From Mobula hypostoma (lineage: Eukaryota): DNA of 64,000 nt. Below the pieces are notes generated by a model. That model had not been told where the DNA came from, ran no database searches, and saw nothing but the letters and a program-made list of their open reading frames with translations. Location of the stretch: NCBI RefSeq assembly GCF_963921235.1, contig NC_086108.1:60512001-60576000 (forward strand), read 5' to 3'. This document shows, piece after piece, positions 1-13,393 of this stretch (position 1 is the first letter of the stretch; every line of letters begins with the position of its first letter). The position numbers and the translations under genes are program-made.

Positions 1-199
1 TAAATAGTAAAACACAAAATTACAAAAATTATCAGTTCTGAATTCAGCTTTTACCTTCCTTTTAAAGAAATGACCATTGAAGTGAAGAAGATGGGTGGTC
101 ATTGTCTGGGTTATTTCAGTGGTGTAAAGGGGTTTTCTCTGATAACTTTTTGAAAGACTTGTTTGGAATTGAAGCTTTGGTGAATACCGACTGAAAATG

Positions 200-445
200 G
201 GCATAGGTCCTAAAGCCCATCACCCTTACTGGGGCATAGGCTGCTGACAGCAACTCGCCAGAGCCCTCTGTCCTGGGACAGTCTTTCATATTATCCTAGG
301 TCTGAGCCATCTTCTTGATAAAATACTTACTCTCCCAGGGATGAGGCTTCTGTTGGTGTTTCTGTAGCGCTGTGTTTTTTACAGGATGGGGTTGCTAGCC
401 CCATGCCAACCTTCCTCCTTTTGCAGCTGGGCATGGGACCATTCA
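200..445 (-). mobile_element. Short non-autonomous RTE-clade derivative (5'UTR piece fused to 3' end)
   Basis: RTE-type GGGGCTAGCAACCCCATCCTGTAAAA 5'UTR motif followed by an RTE-like 3' end. Confidence 0.45.
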
Positions 446-516
446 TGGCAGAGAGTGACAATCAGTAAATTTGCTGTTAAACATTTTTGTAATTTAATGC
501 GAACTTGTGAATTGGT

Positions 517-1135
517 GGCATCCGTTAGTCTTGCGAGACCACGGATCTGCGCCTGGAAAGTCTTGCTTCAGTCTGTGTTGTGAGGCAATGCTGGAGTGTC
601 CTCTCCAGGGCGCAGGCCTGGGCAAGGTTGTATGGAAGACTGGCAGTTGCCCATGCAGCAAGTCTCCCCTCTCCATGACACCGATGTTGTCCAAGGGAAG
701 GGCAAGGGCTGATGCAGCTTGGCACCAGTGTCGTCGCAGGAGTTGCCAGAGCGAGGTTGAAAGCTACGTCGGACTGCCTTAGGGACTCCAGCTCCGGATT
801 TGTCCTCAGGTTTACTCCTGAAGCCTTTCCCATGAGTGGGTATGGCTGCAAGGCAGCGGTGGTTTGAAATCAGAGTTTCCCCTCTCTTAGATGGATTACC
901 TTCCGAGGCTGACGAGCTCCATCTACCCAAAGCATTGGTTTTAAGGCGCCAGGACCCGCCTTTGCCCCTTCTCCAGTCAGTAGAAACAGCTCTGCCGGGT
1001 TTAGAGGCTAAGCCACACGAGAAGGCCAGGAGTAGGACTTGGTTGTCAGAGGCTATTTGAGGCGCATGCCGTGAGGAGCACTTTTAGGTAGTGTGAGCTT
1101 GTCCCCACTACCACTCCTTGGCTTGACAACCTTGG
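517..1135 (-). mobile_element. RTE-related non-autonomous element
   Basis: 5' part is homologous to ~6830-7310; 3' part is homologous to 53870-54060. Confidence 0.55.
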
Positions 1136-1389
1136 AACCAAACTTGTGAATAGATATTCTGTTTTTAAAATATGCAGCAAGGAGGAGTGTTGCCCTTCAG
1201 GCATAGAGCTGAAACTGATGGGAGGGAGATTGATGCTGGGGAGAAGGATCGACATTTCAGGGCTTTATTGCAACTGCAGTTAACTGCATCAACTATTTTC
1301 ATTTTTTTCAAGTGATAGCTACAGTGTTTAGGTTAATACATTTTAAATTCAATATATTACAGACACAATATTCTTTTTTCTTTATCAGG

Positions 1390-2125
1390 ATGGGGATGAA
1401 GCCCAAATATGAAGGTCGGGCGGGGGAGGAAGTAGTACAAGTTGGTAGGTGATAGGTGAAGCCAGGTGAGGGGAAGGAGGGTGGGAGGAAGAGCGGTATA
1501 AGAAAGAAGCTGGGATGTGGCAGGTGGAACAGGTGAAGGGCCGAACAAGATGGAATCTGATAGGATATGGGAGAAATTTAAATATAAGAGAACAGACAAC
1601 AAAGAAGATTCTGCAGCAGCTATAAGTACAGAGTAACACACCCAAAATGCTGGACCAGTGGACAGTGGGAGAAAGAGAAGGGGGAGGGATATGTGAGGGA
1701 GGTGATAGGCGAGGAGCAGAGAAGGGCTGAGAGGGGAGCCAGAATGTGGAGTGGCAAAACAGAGATGGGGGAAGAAATTACCGGAAGTTGGAGGCCACTG
1801 TCTGGTTGGCGGAGCAACACCTCAATGTTTGTATGGGTAGCCTTCAACTTGATGGGATGAACATTGCTTTCTATAACTTCTGGTAATTGGTATCAACTGC
1901 CAGCTTCTCATTTCATCCGTCCTCCCCACCCACCTACTTTCCCCTCAGCTGGCTTCAACTATCATCTGCCAGCTTGTACTCCTTCCGCTCCCCCACTACC
2001 TTTTCAGGAGTCTGAAACATTGACACTGTATTCATTTCCATAGGTGTTGCCTGACATGCTGAGCTCCCCCAGCGTTTTGTGTGTGTTACCCTGGATTTCC
2101 AGTATCTGCAGCATCTTGTGTGTTG
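1390..2125. mobile_element. Degraded Penelope-like terminal-repeat remnant with fold-back arm
   Basis: Matches the purine-rich 3' region and terminal repeat of the 7451-9858 element, in both orientations. Confidence 0.6.
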
Positions 2126-2287
2126 TCTGTTCTTTATGTTTAAACTTACAATGTTGGTAACTTAGGAATGCACTTCAATATAGAGGATGTGCGTTAATAG
2201 TAATCAGAGAAATGTAAATGATTTAAGATGTGAATTATAGTTTTATTGACCTCTGGGGAATAATAAAATATGTATGTTTTCTGACAG

Positions 2288-2346
2288 GTAAACTCAGATA
2301 TGCAAACAACAGCAATTACAAAAATGATGTTATGATTAGAAAAGAA
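2288..2346 (+). CDS. MAGOH: Mago nashi homolog (EJC core), coding exon 2; exon 1 is upstream of the window
   Basis: acag|GT AAA CTC...AAA GAA|gtaagt; translates (G)[19 protein letters not shown]; 59 bp. Confidence 0.97.
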
Positions 2347-2585
2347 GTAAGTATATTTAAAACTTGTCTTTTGAGTTGGAGAAAATCCATAATTTGTGGC
2401 AGTTAAATTCTGAACTAGTTACTTAGATAGTAAAATTGTAATTTTTTTCTGAGATTTAACTTAAATTTGATGAAAAGTAATTTTGAATGTTTTAGAATTT
2501 ATTTTCTTGTGATAGGCATTTTAATACATATATTACTGTGTTCTGATAATTCTGATAGCTGTTCATATAATTCTTATTTTGATAG

Positions 2586-2696
2586 GCATATGTCCATAAA
2601 AGTGTAATGGAAGAGCTGAAGCGAATCATAGAAGATAGTGAAATCACAAAAGAAGATGATGCTTTGTGGCCTCCACCTGATCGAGTAGGGCGACAG
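2586..2696 (+). CDS. MAGOH: MAGOH coding exon 3
   Basis: tag|...|gtcagt; [37 protein letters not shown]; 111 bp. Confidence 0.97.
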
Positions 2697-2829
2697 GTCA
2701 GTCCCTTTTTTATGCTATCAAAAAAATCTGCTTGACAACTGTTATGAAAATATGATGCTTTTCTGTTTGCATAAGCTCAATAAACTGATCAAATCTAGTA
2801 TGTAAATTGGACCTGGGATTTTTTATGTA

Positions 2830-5572
2830 GATTCAATATTCCTGGATTTCAGTACTTTAAAAGGGATAGAGAGTGGGGGAAGGGGAGGAGGGGTGGCATT
2901 ACTGGTCAGGGATACTGTTACAGCTACAGAAAGGGTGGGTAATGTAGCAGGATCCTCTTTTGAGTCAGTATGGGTGGAAGTCAGGAAAAGGAAGGGAGCA
3001 GTTACTCTATTGGGAGTATTCTATAGGCCCCCTGGTAGCAGCAGAGATACCAGGGAGCAGATTGGGAGGCAGATTTTGGAAAGGTGCAAAAATAACAGGG
3101 TTGTTATCATGGATGACTTTAACTTCCCTAATATTGGCCAGTGCTCTCATGTTTGCTGTTGTGTGCTGGGGCAGCAGGCTGAGGGTGGCAGACACCAACA
3201 GAATCAACAAATTCATTTTTAAGGCCCGTGATGTTGTGGGGATGAAAATGGACTCTCTCACGGTGGTGTCTGAAAAGAGGATGCTGTCTAAGTTGCATGC
3301 CATCTTGGTCAATGTTTCTCATCCACTACATAATGTACTTGGTGGGCACAGGAGTACATTCAGCCAGAGACTCATTCCACCGAGATGCAGCACTGAGCGT
3401 CATAGGAAGTCATTCCTGCCTGTGGCCATCAAACTTTACAACTCCTCCCTTGGAGGGTCAGACACCCTGAGCCAATAGGCTGGTCCTGGACTTATTTCCT
3501 GGCATAATTTACATATTACTATTTAACTATTTATGGTTCTATTACTATTTATTATTTATGGAGCAACTGTAACGAAAACCAATTTCCCCCGGGATTAATA
3601 AAGTATGACTATGACTATTGATTGGCACCTGATTAGTTCCAATGGTTTAGACGGGGTAGAGTTTGTTAAGTGTGTCCGGACGGATTCCTATCACAGTATG
3701 TTGACAGGCTGACTAGGGGGAATGCCATAAAAGATCTAGTATTAGGTAATGAACCGGGTCAGGTCACAGATGTCTCAGTAGGTGAGCATCTGGGGGACAG
3801 TGACCACCGCTCCTTGGCCTTTAGCATTATTATGGAAAAGGAGAGAGGACTGGAAAATTTTTAATTGGGGTAGGGCAAATTATGAGGCTATAAGGCTCGA
3901 ACTTGCCGGTGTGAATTGGGATGATGTTTTTGCAGGGAAATGTACTATGGACATGTGGTCAATGTTTAGAGATCTCTTGCAGGATGTTAGGGATAAATTT
4001 GTCCCGGTGAGGAAGATAAAGAATGGTAGGGTAAAGGAACCATGGGTGACAACTGACAAGTGAGGTGGAAAATCTAGTCAGGTGGAAGAAGGCAGCATAC
4101 ATGAGGTTTAGGAAGCAAGGATCAGATGGGTCTATTGAGGAATATAGGGTAGCAAGAAAGGAACTTAAGGGGCTGAGGAGAGCAAGAAGGGGGCATGAGA
4201 AGGCCTTAGCGAGTAGGGTAAAGGAAAACACCAAGGCATTCTTCAATTATGTGAAGAACAAAAGGATGACAGGAGTGAAGGTGGGATCGATTAGAGATAA
4301 AGGTGGGAAGATGTGCCTGGAGGCTGTGGAAGTGAGCGAGGTCCTCAACGAATACTTCTCTTCGGTATTCAGCAATGAGAAGGAACTTGACGGCGGTGAG
4401 GACAATATGAGTATGGTTGATGTTCTGGAGCATGTTGATATTAAGAAAGAGGAGGTGTTGGAGTTGTTAAAATACATTAGGACAGATAAGTCCCCGGGGC
4501 CTGACGGAATATTCCCCAGGCTGCTCCACAAGGTGAGGGAAGAGATTGCTGAGCCTCTGGCTAGGATCTTTATGTCCTCGTTGTCCACGGGAATGGCACC
4601 GGAGGATTGGAGGGAGGCGAATGTTGTCCCGTTGTTCAAAAAAGGTAGTAGGGATAGTTGAGGTAATTATAGACCAGTGAGCCTTACGTCTGTGGTGGGA
4701 AAGCTGTTGGAAAAGATTCTTAGAGATAGGATCTGTGGGCATTTAGAGAATCATGGTCTGATCAGGGACAGTCAGCATGGCTTTGTGAAGGACAGATCCT
4801 GTCTAACAAGCCTGATAGAGTTCTTTGAGGAGGTGACCAGGCATATAGATGAGTGTAGTGCAGTGTACGTGATCTACATGGATTTTAGTCAGGCATTTGA
4901 CAAGGTTCCACACGGTAGGCTTATTCAGAAAGTCAGATAGCATGGGATCCAGGGAAGTTTGGCCAGGTGGATTCAGAATTGGCTTGCCTGCAGAAGGCAG
5001 AGGGTCGTGGTGGAGGGAGTACATTCAGATTGGAGGGTTGTGAGTAGTGGTGTCCCACAAGGATCGGTTCTAGGACCTCTACTTTTTATTATTTTTATTA
5101 ACTACCTGGATATGGGGGTAGAAGGGTGGGTTGGCAAGTTTGCAGATGACACAAAGGTTGGTGGTGGTGTAGATAGTGTAGAGGATTGTTGAAGATTGCA
5201 GAGAGACATTGATAGGATGCGGAAGTAGGCTGGGAAGTGGCAGATGGAGTTCAACCCGGAGAAGTGTGAGGTGGTACACTTTGGAAGGACAAACTCCATG
5301 ACAGAGTATAAAGTAAATGGCAGGATACATGGTAGTGTGGAGGAGCAGAGGGATCTGGGGGTACATGTGCACAGATCCCTGAAAGTTGCCTCACAGGTGG
5401 ATAGAGTAGTTAAGAAAGCTTATGGGGTGTTAGGTTTCATCATTCGAGGGATAGAATTTAAGAGTCGTGAGGAGGAATTTTAGGTGGGGGGTTATATGGG
5501 AGAAGGGTTTGAGGGTCGGCACAACATTGTGGGCTGAAGGGCCTGTACTGTGCTGTACTATTCTATGTTCTA
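2830..5572 (+). mobile_element. CR1 LINE, 5'-truncated (APE endonuclease fragment + RT), disrupted
   Basis: [53 protein letters not shown] motifs; stop codons and deletions; (TTCTA)-type tail. Confidence 0.92.
3137..3615 (+). mobile_element. Rex1/Babar-like LINE 3' fragment nested in CR1
   Basis: HPLH...RCSTERHRKSFLPVAIKLYNSS C-terminus, AATAAA + (TATGAC)n tail, TATTG duplication at 3132-3136 and 3616-3620. Confidence 0.8.
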
Positions 5573-6639
5573 TTCCTTCCCTAAAAACTAACCAAATATG
5601 AAAAAATAATTGATGACTGCATTGCTGTAAATGCACCGCTAGTCAATTTATCAGACACGAGCTATGTTAAATAAAAACAGCATGCCAGGCAGCATCTGCT
5701 TTGTGTTACTATTCCATATCAATGTCAGTTCATCAGAAGCTGCCTGCATACTAAATATTCTCAATATTTTCTGTGTTTAGTTCCAGAATCTGGAATTTTT
5801 TTAGCTTTTGCATGATACGCTTTAATGCAGCTTTGTCGAACAGCATTCTATTATTGATTTTTTTTTAATGAGTAAAACCATTAAACTACATCAACTTCCA
5901 TAGAGCACTTTGGAATGCACTGAAATCATGAAAAGTCCTTTATGCACAGAAATCTTCTCAGAGCAATGATGATTTGTGCATTTAGCACTAAACATTGGCC
6001 CACTCTTCAATGATCCATGTACTATCAGACTCGAGGACTGCTTTTATCCTGCAATTACTTGATTTGTGAACAGAATATGCCAAAGATGAATTTGTGGTTT
6101 CCCAATTTATCTCTTTGTGGCCCTTTCACTTTGTTTGTTTACCTGCACTGCATTTTATCTGTAGTTGCTACATTCTGTATTCGGCATTGTTTTCTTTTTA
6201 TTAAGTATGGTTGGCATGCGGACAAAATTTTTTCGATACGTGTGACAATAATGAATCAGTGTTTTCTCCTTCCAATTTCACTTATTTATTTTTGCTTCTA
6301 CTGACACCATCTCAATGGCTTTAAAGTTGGCCTTTAGACATGCATCAGTTGCATGCAACCTCATCCGTCCTTCACTTATGCTGGTTTTCTGCTTTATGTA
6401 GATGTTGTCCTTTGACTGACAGATAGTCAACAATTTCCAAATCAGTATAAGTAAAACTGAAACAATTATGTTTTGGGCTCCACCAAAAATGCACTGTTGA
6501 TATTTTATAATACAACTCCATAAATTTATACAATTAATATCTATATCTAAGAGGCAACATTTTAAATATGATATCAAGCATACTTCTAATTATCTCAATT
6601 TTGATTGTTATAGTGGGTCCCACCATAAATAATACAAAG

Positions 6640-7310
6640 ATGTAGAGGCCCTCTGTTGTTTAGGGTCAGCCATGGATGTTGTGTCCCAGTGTCTACATGA
6701 TATGCAAGCCAGGGCAGTACCATATGAAGAACAAGCTGTTGCCCATGTAGGATGCTCCCCCTTTCCACGCAGCTGATGAATCCAAAGGAACACAGAGACC
6801 AAATTCAGTTACGCATCAGCGGCATTGCAGGAGTTGCCAGTCAGTGTTGAACTAACGTAGGACTATCTTAAGGAATACAGCCCCAGATTTTTCCTCAGGA
6901 TTTACTCTGAAACCTTCCTCATGAGTGGGTATAGTCACAAGGCAACGGAGGTTTGAGGTAAGAAATTTCCTTCTAGATGAACTGCTAACCTCAGTTGATG
7001 AACCCCATCTGCCTAAAGCGACTGGTTTGAAGGTGCCAGTAACCTGCTTTTGGCCCTTCTCTGGTCAGTAGTAACGGTTCCACCATGCTGAGTAGCTGAG
7101 CCACACGTGAGAGTCTGAAGCTGGACTTGGTAGTCAGAGGTTATTTGAGTCACACACCATTGGAAGCATTTCACCCTCCACTTCGAATATACCCAATTGC
7201 TTGACCCCTACAGCCAGTGGCAATGAATTCCAGAGATTCACTACCCTCTGGCTGGTAGAGGTAGTGGGAGATTATCCCCATTACCTCCCCCAGCTATGAC
7301 GACCTTAAGG
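6640..7310 (-). mobile_element. RTE-related non-autonomous element (second copy, different 3' end)
   Basis: Homologous to ~735-1135. Confidence 0.55.
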
Positions 7311-7450
7311 ATCCTACATACAGTACAGGCGTACAAGGTATTTAAAAGCACATGATCAATGGTTTCCTAGAGGTACAGGTATAGCATAATTTGCAATTAA
7401 GGTATGTGTTCAACAGTCTTTGTTCATTATTAACATCAGTTATTGAGTGT

Positions 7451-9858
7451 CAACCAACATACATCAAAGTTGCTGGTGAACGCAGCAGGCCAGGCAGCAT
7501 CTATAGGAAGAGGCGCAGTCGACGTTTCAGGCCGAGACCCTTCGTCAGGACTAACTGAAGGAAGAGTGAGTAAGGGATTTGAAAGCTGGAGGGGGAGGGG
7601 GAGATGCAAAATGATAGGAGAAGACAGGAGGGGGAGGGATAGAGCCGAGAGCTGGACAGGTGATAGGCAAAAGGGGATACGAGAGGATCATGGGACAGGA
7701 GGTCCGGGAAGAAAGACGGGGGGGGGTGACCCAGAGGATGGGCAAGAGGTATATTCAGAGGGACAGAGGGAGAAAAAGAGTGAGAGAAAGAATGTGTGCA
7801 TAAAAATGAGTAACAGCTGGGGTACGAGGGGGAGGTGGGGCCTAGCGGAAGTTAGAGAAGTCAATGTTCATGCCATCAGGTTGGAGGCTACCCATACAGA
7901 ATATAAGGTGTTGTTCCTCCAACCTGAGTGTGGCTTCATCTTGACAGTAGAGGAGGCCGTGGATAGACATGTCAGAATGGGAATGGGATGTGGAATTAAA
8001 ATGTGTGGCCACTGGGAGATCCTGCTTTCTCTGGCGGACAGAGCGTAGGTGTTCAGCAAAGCGGTCTCCCAGTCTGCGTCGGGTCTCGCCAATATATAAA
8101 AGGCCACATCGGGAGCACCGGGCGCAGTATATCACCCCAGTCGACTCACAGGTGAAGTGATGCCTCACCTGGAAGGACTGTTTGGGGCCCTGAATGGTGG
8201 TAAGGGAGGAAGTGTAAGGGCATGTGTAGCACTTGTTCCGCTTACACGGATAAGTGCCAGGAGGGAGATCAGTGGGGAGGGATGGGGGGGACGAATGGAC
8301 AAGGGAGTTGTGAAGGGAGTGATCCCTGCGGAATGCAGAGAGAGGGGGGGAGGGAAAGATGTGCTTAGTGGTGGGATCCCGTTGGAGGTGGCGGAAGTTA
8401 CGGAGAATAATATGTTGGACCCGGAGGCTGGTGGGGTGGTAGGTGAGGACCAGGGGAACCCTATTCCTAGTGGGGTGGTGGGAGGATGGAGTGAGAGCAG
8501 ATGTACGTGAAATGGGGGAGATGCGTTTAAGAGCAGAGTTGATAGTGGAGGAAGGGAAGCCCCTTTCTTTAAAAAATGAAGACATCTCCCTCGTCCTAGA
8601 ATGAAAAGCCTCATCCTGAGAGCAGATGCGGCGGAGACGGAGGAATTGCGAGAAGGGGATGGCGTTTTTGCAAGAGACAGGGTGAGAAGAGGAATAGTCC
8701 AGATAGCTGTGAGAGTCAGTAGGCTTATAGTAGACATCAGTGGATAAGCTGTCTCCAGAGACAGAGACAGAAAGATCTAGAAAGGGGAGGGAGGTGTCGG
8801 AAATGGACCAGGTAAACTTGAGGGCAGGGTGAAAGTTGGAGGCAAAGTTAATAAAGTCAACGAGTTCTGCATGCGTGCAGGAAGCAGCGCCAATGCAGTC
8901 GTCGATGTAGCGAAGGAAAAGTGGGGGACAGATACCAGAATAGGCACGGAACATAGATTGTTCCACAAACCCAACAAAAAGGCAGGCATAGCTAGGACCC
9001 ATACGGGTGCCCATAGCTACACCTTTAGTTTGGAGGAAATGGGAGGAGCAAAAGGAGAAATTATTAAGAGTAAGGACTAATACCGCTAGACGGAGCAGAG
9101 TGGTGGTAGAGGGGAACTGGTTAGGTCTGGAATCCAAAAAGAAGCGTAGAGCTTTGAGACCTTCCTGATGGGGGATGGAAGTATATAAGGACTGGACATC
9201 CATGGTGAAAATAAAGCGGCGGGGCCAGGGAACTTAAAATCATCGAAAAGTTTAAGAGCGTGAGAAGTGTCACGAACATAGGTCGGAAGGGATTGAACAA
9301 GGGGTGATAAAACAGTGTCGAGGTATGCAGAAACGAGTTCGGTGGGGCAGGAGCAAGCTGAGACAATAGGTTGGCCAGGACAGGCAGGTTTGTGGATCTT
9401 GGGTAGGAGGTAGAAACGGGAAGTGCGGGGTGTGGGAACTATAAGGTTGGTAGCAGTGGATGGGAGATCCCCTGAGCGGATAAAGTCGTTGATAGTGTGG
9501 GAGACAATGGCCTGGTGCTCCTTAGTGGGGTCACGATCGAGGGGTAAATAAGAGGAGGTATCCGCGAGTTGTCGCTGTGCCTCGGCAAGGTAGAGGTCAG
9601 TACGCCAGACTACAACAGCACCCCCCTCATCAGCGGGTTTAATAATAAGGTTAGGATTAGTGCGGAGGGAGTGGAGAGCAGAGCGTTCCAAAGGAGTGAG
9701 GTTGGAATGGGGACAAGGTGCGGTGAAGTGGAGACGGTTGATGTCCCGTCGGCAGTTGGCAATAAAGAGATCCAGAGCAGGCAGAAGACCAGAGCGGGGT
9801 GTCCATGAAGAAGAGGAGGGTTGAAGACGGGAGAAGGGGTCATCGGTGGGGGTGGAAG
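7451..9858 (-). mobile_element. Penelope-like retroelement (Neptune-type RT + GIY-YIG), 5'-truncated, one frameshift
   Basis: ORFs 9086-9691 and 7842-9203: KPADEGG, PKIHK, GVAMG, RYIDD, CKRNKCYTC linker, VIYCARC..C..LYIGET..R..EH; 13-bp TSD AGTTATTGAGTGT at 7438-7450 and 9859-9871. Confidence 0.95.
7517..7552 (-). ncRNA. Minimal type-I hammerhead ribozyme motif (PLE-associated)
   Basis: AGTC-CTGACGA-AGGGTCTCGGCCT-GAAAC-GTC^GACT. Confidence 0.75.
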
Positions 9859-10437
9859 AGTTATTGAGTGTGATTGCTACATTTAGCCTTGGTGTTCTTC
9901 TGTTGGGAGAGAAAGTAACAATTCACCTCCATGCTATGTGTCAGACTCCTTAGTGATAAACTGTAACACCTTCACTGCATTGCAGACCATCTGTGCGCGT
10001 GTTTTTCTTTTGCCACTTTAAGGTTTAACTACAACAATGTGCTCACCACAAATGTAAATCTACTCAGAGCACCCATCCTGTTGCTTCACCTCAATTTCAG
10101 ATTGCTCTTTATACCTGTTTTTGATGGTCTGCATGTGCTTTCTTGTCCTCAAATCATTGAACTAAGATTCATAGTCTGTGGAATTAGTTCCCCAAACTTC
10201 TGCATTTCTCTTCATCTCTCCAGTTTCTTGCATGCTTTGTTATGTTACCCAAGTTATTTGGAACTTTTTAAAGATGCACTATCAGTTCAAGTTATTGAAG
10301 ATAACAAGAAACAATATGAACTGAGGTTAGAGATCTGAGATTCTGGTTTAAATTGAAATTTCCCTAGTAGTGCGAGGCAGTAGGTAAGTGTAAGAGTGGA
10401 GATTATATTAAATTGTCACTATAGAGCCACAATGCTT

Positions 10438-10650
10438 AGCCAGAGGGTAGTGAATCTCTGGAATTCATTGCCACTGGCTGTAGGGGTCAAGTAATGGGGT
10501 ATATTCAAAGTGGAGAGTTAAGGGCATGTATGGTTATGGGGAAAAGGTAGGACAATGGAATTGAGAGGGAGAATAAATCAGCCTTGGTTGAGTGGCAGAG
10601 CCGACTTGGTGGGTCAAATGGCCTAATTCTCTTCCTATGTCTTGTGGTCT
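10438..10650 (+). mobile_element. CR1 3'-end fragment
   Basis: CAGAGGGTAGTGAATCTCTGGAATTC...AATGGCCTAATTCT tail. Confidence 0.7.
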
Positions 10651-11085
10651 AATATTGAGTTAATCTGCTCATGCAGCTTATTATTTTGATTCCATTGTGT
10701 ACTTTTTCTGATGGTCACAGTACAAGATAAATACTGGAATGATTGAAACCTTATATTGAAATCTAATATTTAAAAACTTTTTTTTATCAGTAAAGGAGTC
10801 TGTGAAAGGGACTCCTTGAGAATATAGTGCAAACAGATATCGATTAATTCAATAGTCAGGTAGTTTAGGTAATAATGGCACTGGGATACAGGATTAATGT
10901 TGCAACAACTGTCACTTTAATTCTGCAGTTTCAAAAAGCCATTATGTCTGCATCTTTTCTATATTGATTGATTGCATGTGACTATCGTAGTGGCCAATGA
11001 AATACATCAACCAACTTTAGCAATTAAAATGATCTTGTGAAATATGCATAAATAATTGTCCATTTTCATATTTTGTTTATAACAG

Positions 11086-11168
11086 GAACTGGAAATTGTA
11101 ATAGGAGATGAACATATTTCATTTACAACATCTAAGATTGGCTCTTTAATTGATGTTAACCAATCCAA
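11086..11168 (+). CDS. MAGOH: MAGOH coding exon 4
   Basis: cag|...|gtaagt; ELEIVIGDEHISFTTSKIGSLIDVNQS(K); 83 bp. Confidence 0.97.
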
Positions 11169-11246
11169 GTAAGTGTATCTTTGATAAGGTTGGAGAAAAT
11201 CTATTAAAAATGGTATAGGCAACAATGTATTACTTTATTGAGGAAA

Positions 11247-13366
11247 CAGAAGTTCCTAAACTTTTTGGGTTACAGCCTCCTTGACTCCCAGTGCCCCCTA
11301 CACCCTTTCTGACTATTGCATAAAAAAAACTGTACAATTTTGATTTATGATGCACTGAAAGAAACTAGGAACTGTAAATTCAAAGCAGTGACAAATAATT
11401 TCAAAATATTATTCAAATCTATTTAAAGCTACAAAGAAAAGTAAAAACAAATTTCATCAACAATTTGAGTGTGTATATTATTAGTCCAACTATTCACTAC
11501 TTCATTACTCTTTCACGTTTCAATGAGATGGATGAGCTAGGTGCAGCGATATCAGCATCTGACCATCAGACTGAATGTCACTCAGATGGAGTCTCAGATC
11601 CCCATGTTTAGCAATTTGCAGTCTGTTTCATTGCTTTTAAAGAAGTCGGGCAACTGCACTAAAACTGCTCTTCACTAAATAAGAACATCTTGACCTTTTT
11701 CCACAGTGTAGGATAGTGTTCAGAGTCTTTTTTACGCCACCAAGAGTCTTGATATAATTTTTTTGAACCTTGACTTCAGCTCAGTTATTTTGTAGCAAGA
11801 TGAATTCTTCTTCCAACCTTCCTGTTAATTGTTCATTACAAGTGTTAAGAAATGGATTATTACCTATTCTGAAGTTTGGAAGATCCTGCAATCTCTCTGA
11901 CTTGTTTTTATGGAGTTCACCCAGGTGGGCACAGTACACTTAAAGATCATCATCTTTCTTTCTCTTCCAACTCAGATCGGCTCAAATATTGGCAAGGATC
12001 ACAATGGCTAATGTTGCACTTAAATATGGTTAACTTGGACAGAAATGCAGAGATGACTGATTTAACTTTGATAAGATTCACATCATTCCCTTGCAGTTGA
12101 AAGTTGATTTAATTATACTCTGCAAATAATTCTGACAAATAAACAACGTCATGCCTAATATTCTTAAGTTGATTACTTAATTAAGTATTTGAGTCTTCAA
12201 ATAACTTTATCACAGTTTCAAGTGTGCATGAAGTATCTCAGCAGTTTTTGAGAGCCATCTGACTTCTGTGTGCAATAGCAAACCTTCAAACTGTTTATCA
12301 TTCTCAATACAAAGCTCTCAAAATGGTTAAGAATTGAAAGCATGGGACTTGATTTTATTTACCGCTGTGATAACAGTATTTAATAATTTGTGTGGCTGAT
12401 TACTTAGATTTTTTTTGCAGCAAGGTGTTCTCTGTGAATTACCTCATAAGTGGTAAATACATTGGGTACAGCTTTTTTTTTCAAGAAAGTAATAACCCCA
12501 AGCTGGCTCCTGTCATCAGTGCTTCATCTGTTGTACAAGCAAGAATGTTGGTGTGTGGAATGTCCCCTTTGACATCCCCTTGAAAATAGCAACTCTTCAT
12601 CTTTAATGAAGTGAGCATATCCAAGAAGCAAAGATTCATTCCTTATTAAATTGACTCTTCCAATTGCAGAGCAAATTCTGTTGTCCTAGGTACGTTGCAC
12701 AATGTGTCTTCCCATTCTCAGATATTCCATCTATTTGTCTCTTAACTGAGTTGTCACTGACCAGAATCACTTTAATTATTTGGGCTGTTGACTTATGCAA
12801 AACCGTACTCAGCACCTCCCTTACTGCTGACAGAATTAGATCTTCTCCAATTGAATGAGGCATTCCAGATTTAGCAATGAGCATTGAAATGTTGTATGAA
12901 GCATGCAAGCCATCACAGCCTCTTGCACCGGGGCCTCTGATTGTACCCCACAACCCCTGTCACCCCTGTTCCTTTTCAGAGTCTTTTAGTGACAAAATCA
13001 TACCTTTAGTATGTAATTACAGCCTTCCCCTCTCTTACTGTCTCTCTCCCTCCTGTCCCTGCACTGGTCCATAATCTCATCAACTTCCCTGGTTATGTTA
13101 ATACCAACCAATCCTGTTTCTGCTGCCACATGCAACTTTGGCAATGGATTTGCTGCTCTCTAGTGATGCTGCTTACGTCATCACATTGTTGCTGTGGCTC
13201 GATTTAACCCAATCTCTCCAAAGGAAATGAATCTCACCTACCCCAATGTTGATTGAAAACATTGAGCTTGTGTTCAAAGTAATTCGTTTCTTAAATTAAT
13301 CCCCTCCCCTTGCTACTGATTGGCAGCCTCCTGAGAAACTTGGATTGCCCACTTTAGGAACCACTA
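11247..13366 (-). mobile_element. Degraded hAT (Charlie/Buster-like) DNA transposon
   Basis: Transposase remnant HSIGEDLILSAVREVLSTVLHK...SDNSVKRQI; degenerate CAG..GTTCCTAAA / TTTAGGAACCACT termini. Confidence 0.7.
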
Positions 13367-13393
13367 TTCTAAAACAAGTCAGTAACCAAAATG

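Noticed and set aside
1-2287. MAGOH exon 1
   Set aside because: No FYLRYYVGHKGKFGHEF-coding sequence or CpG island found; it must lie upstream of the window
2960-3478. 172-aa ORF as a novel gene
   Set aside because: Spans the CR1/Rex1 insertion junction; TE-derived
7842-9858. Selenoprotein-encoding (Naiad-type) PLE or programmed frameshift
   Set aside because: No in-frame TGA and no slippery site; the shift near 9220 looks like a small deletion
11247-13366. Domesticated hAT gene (SCAND3/ZBED-like)
   Set aside because: Many stops and frameshifts; longest remnant about 105 aa
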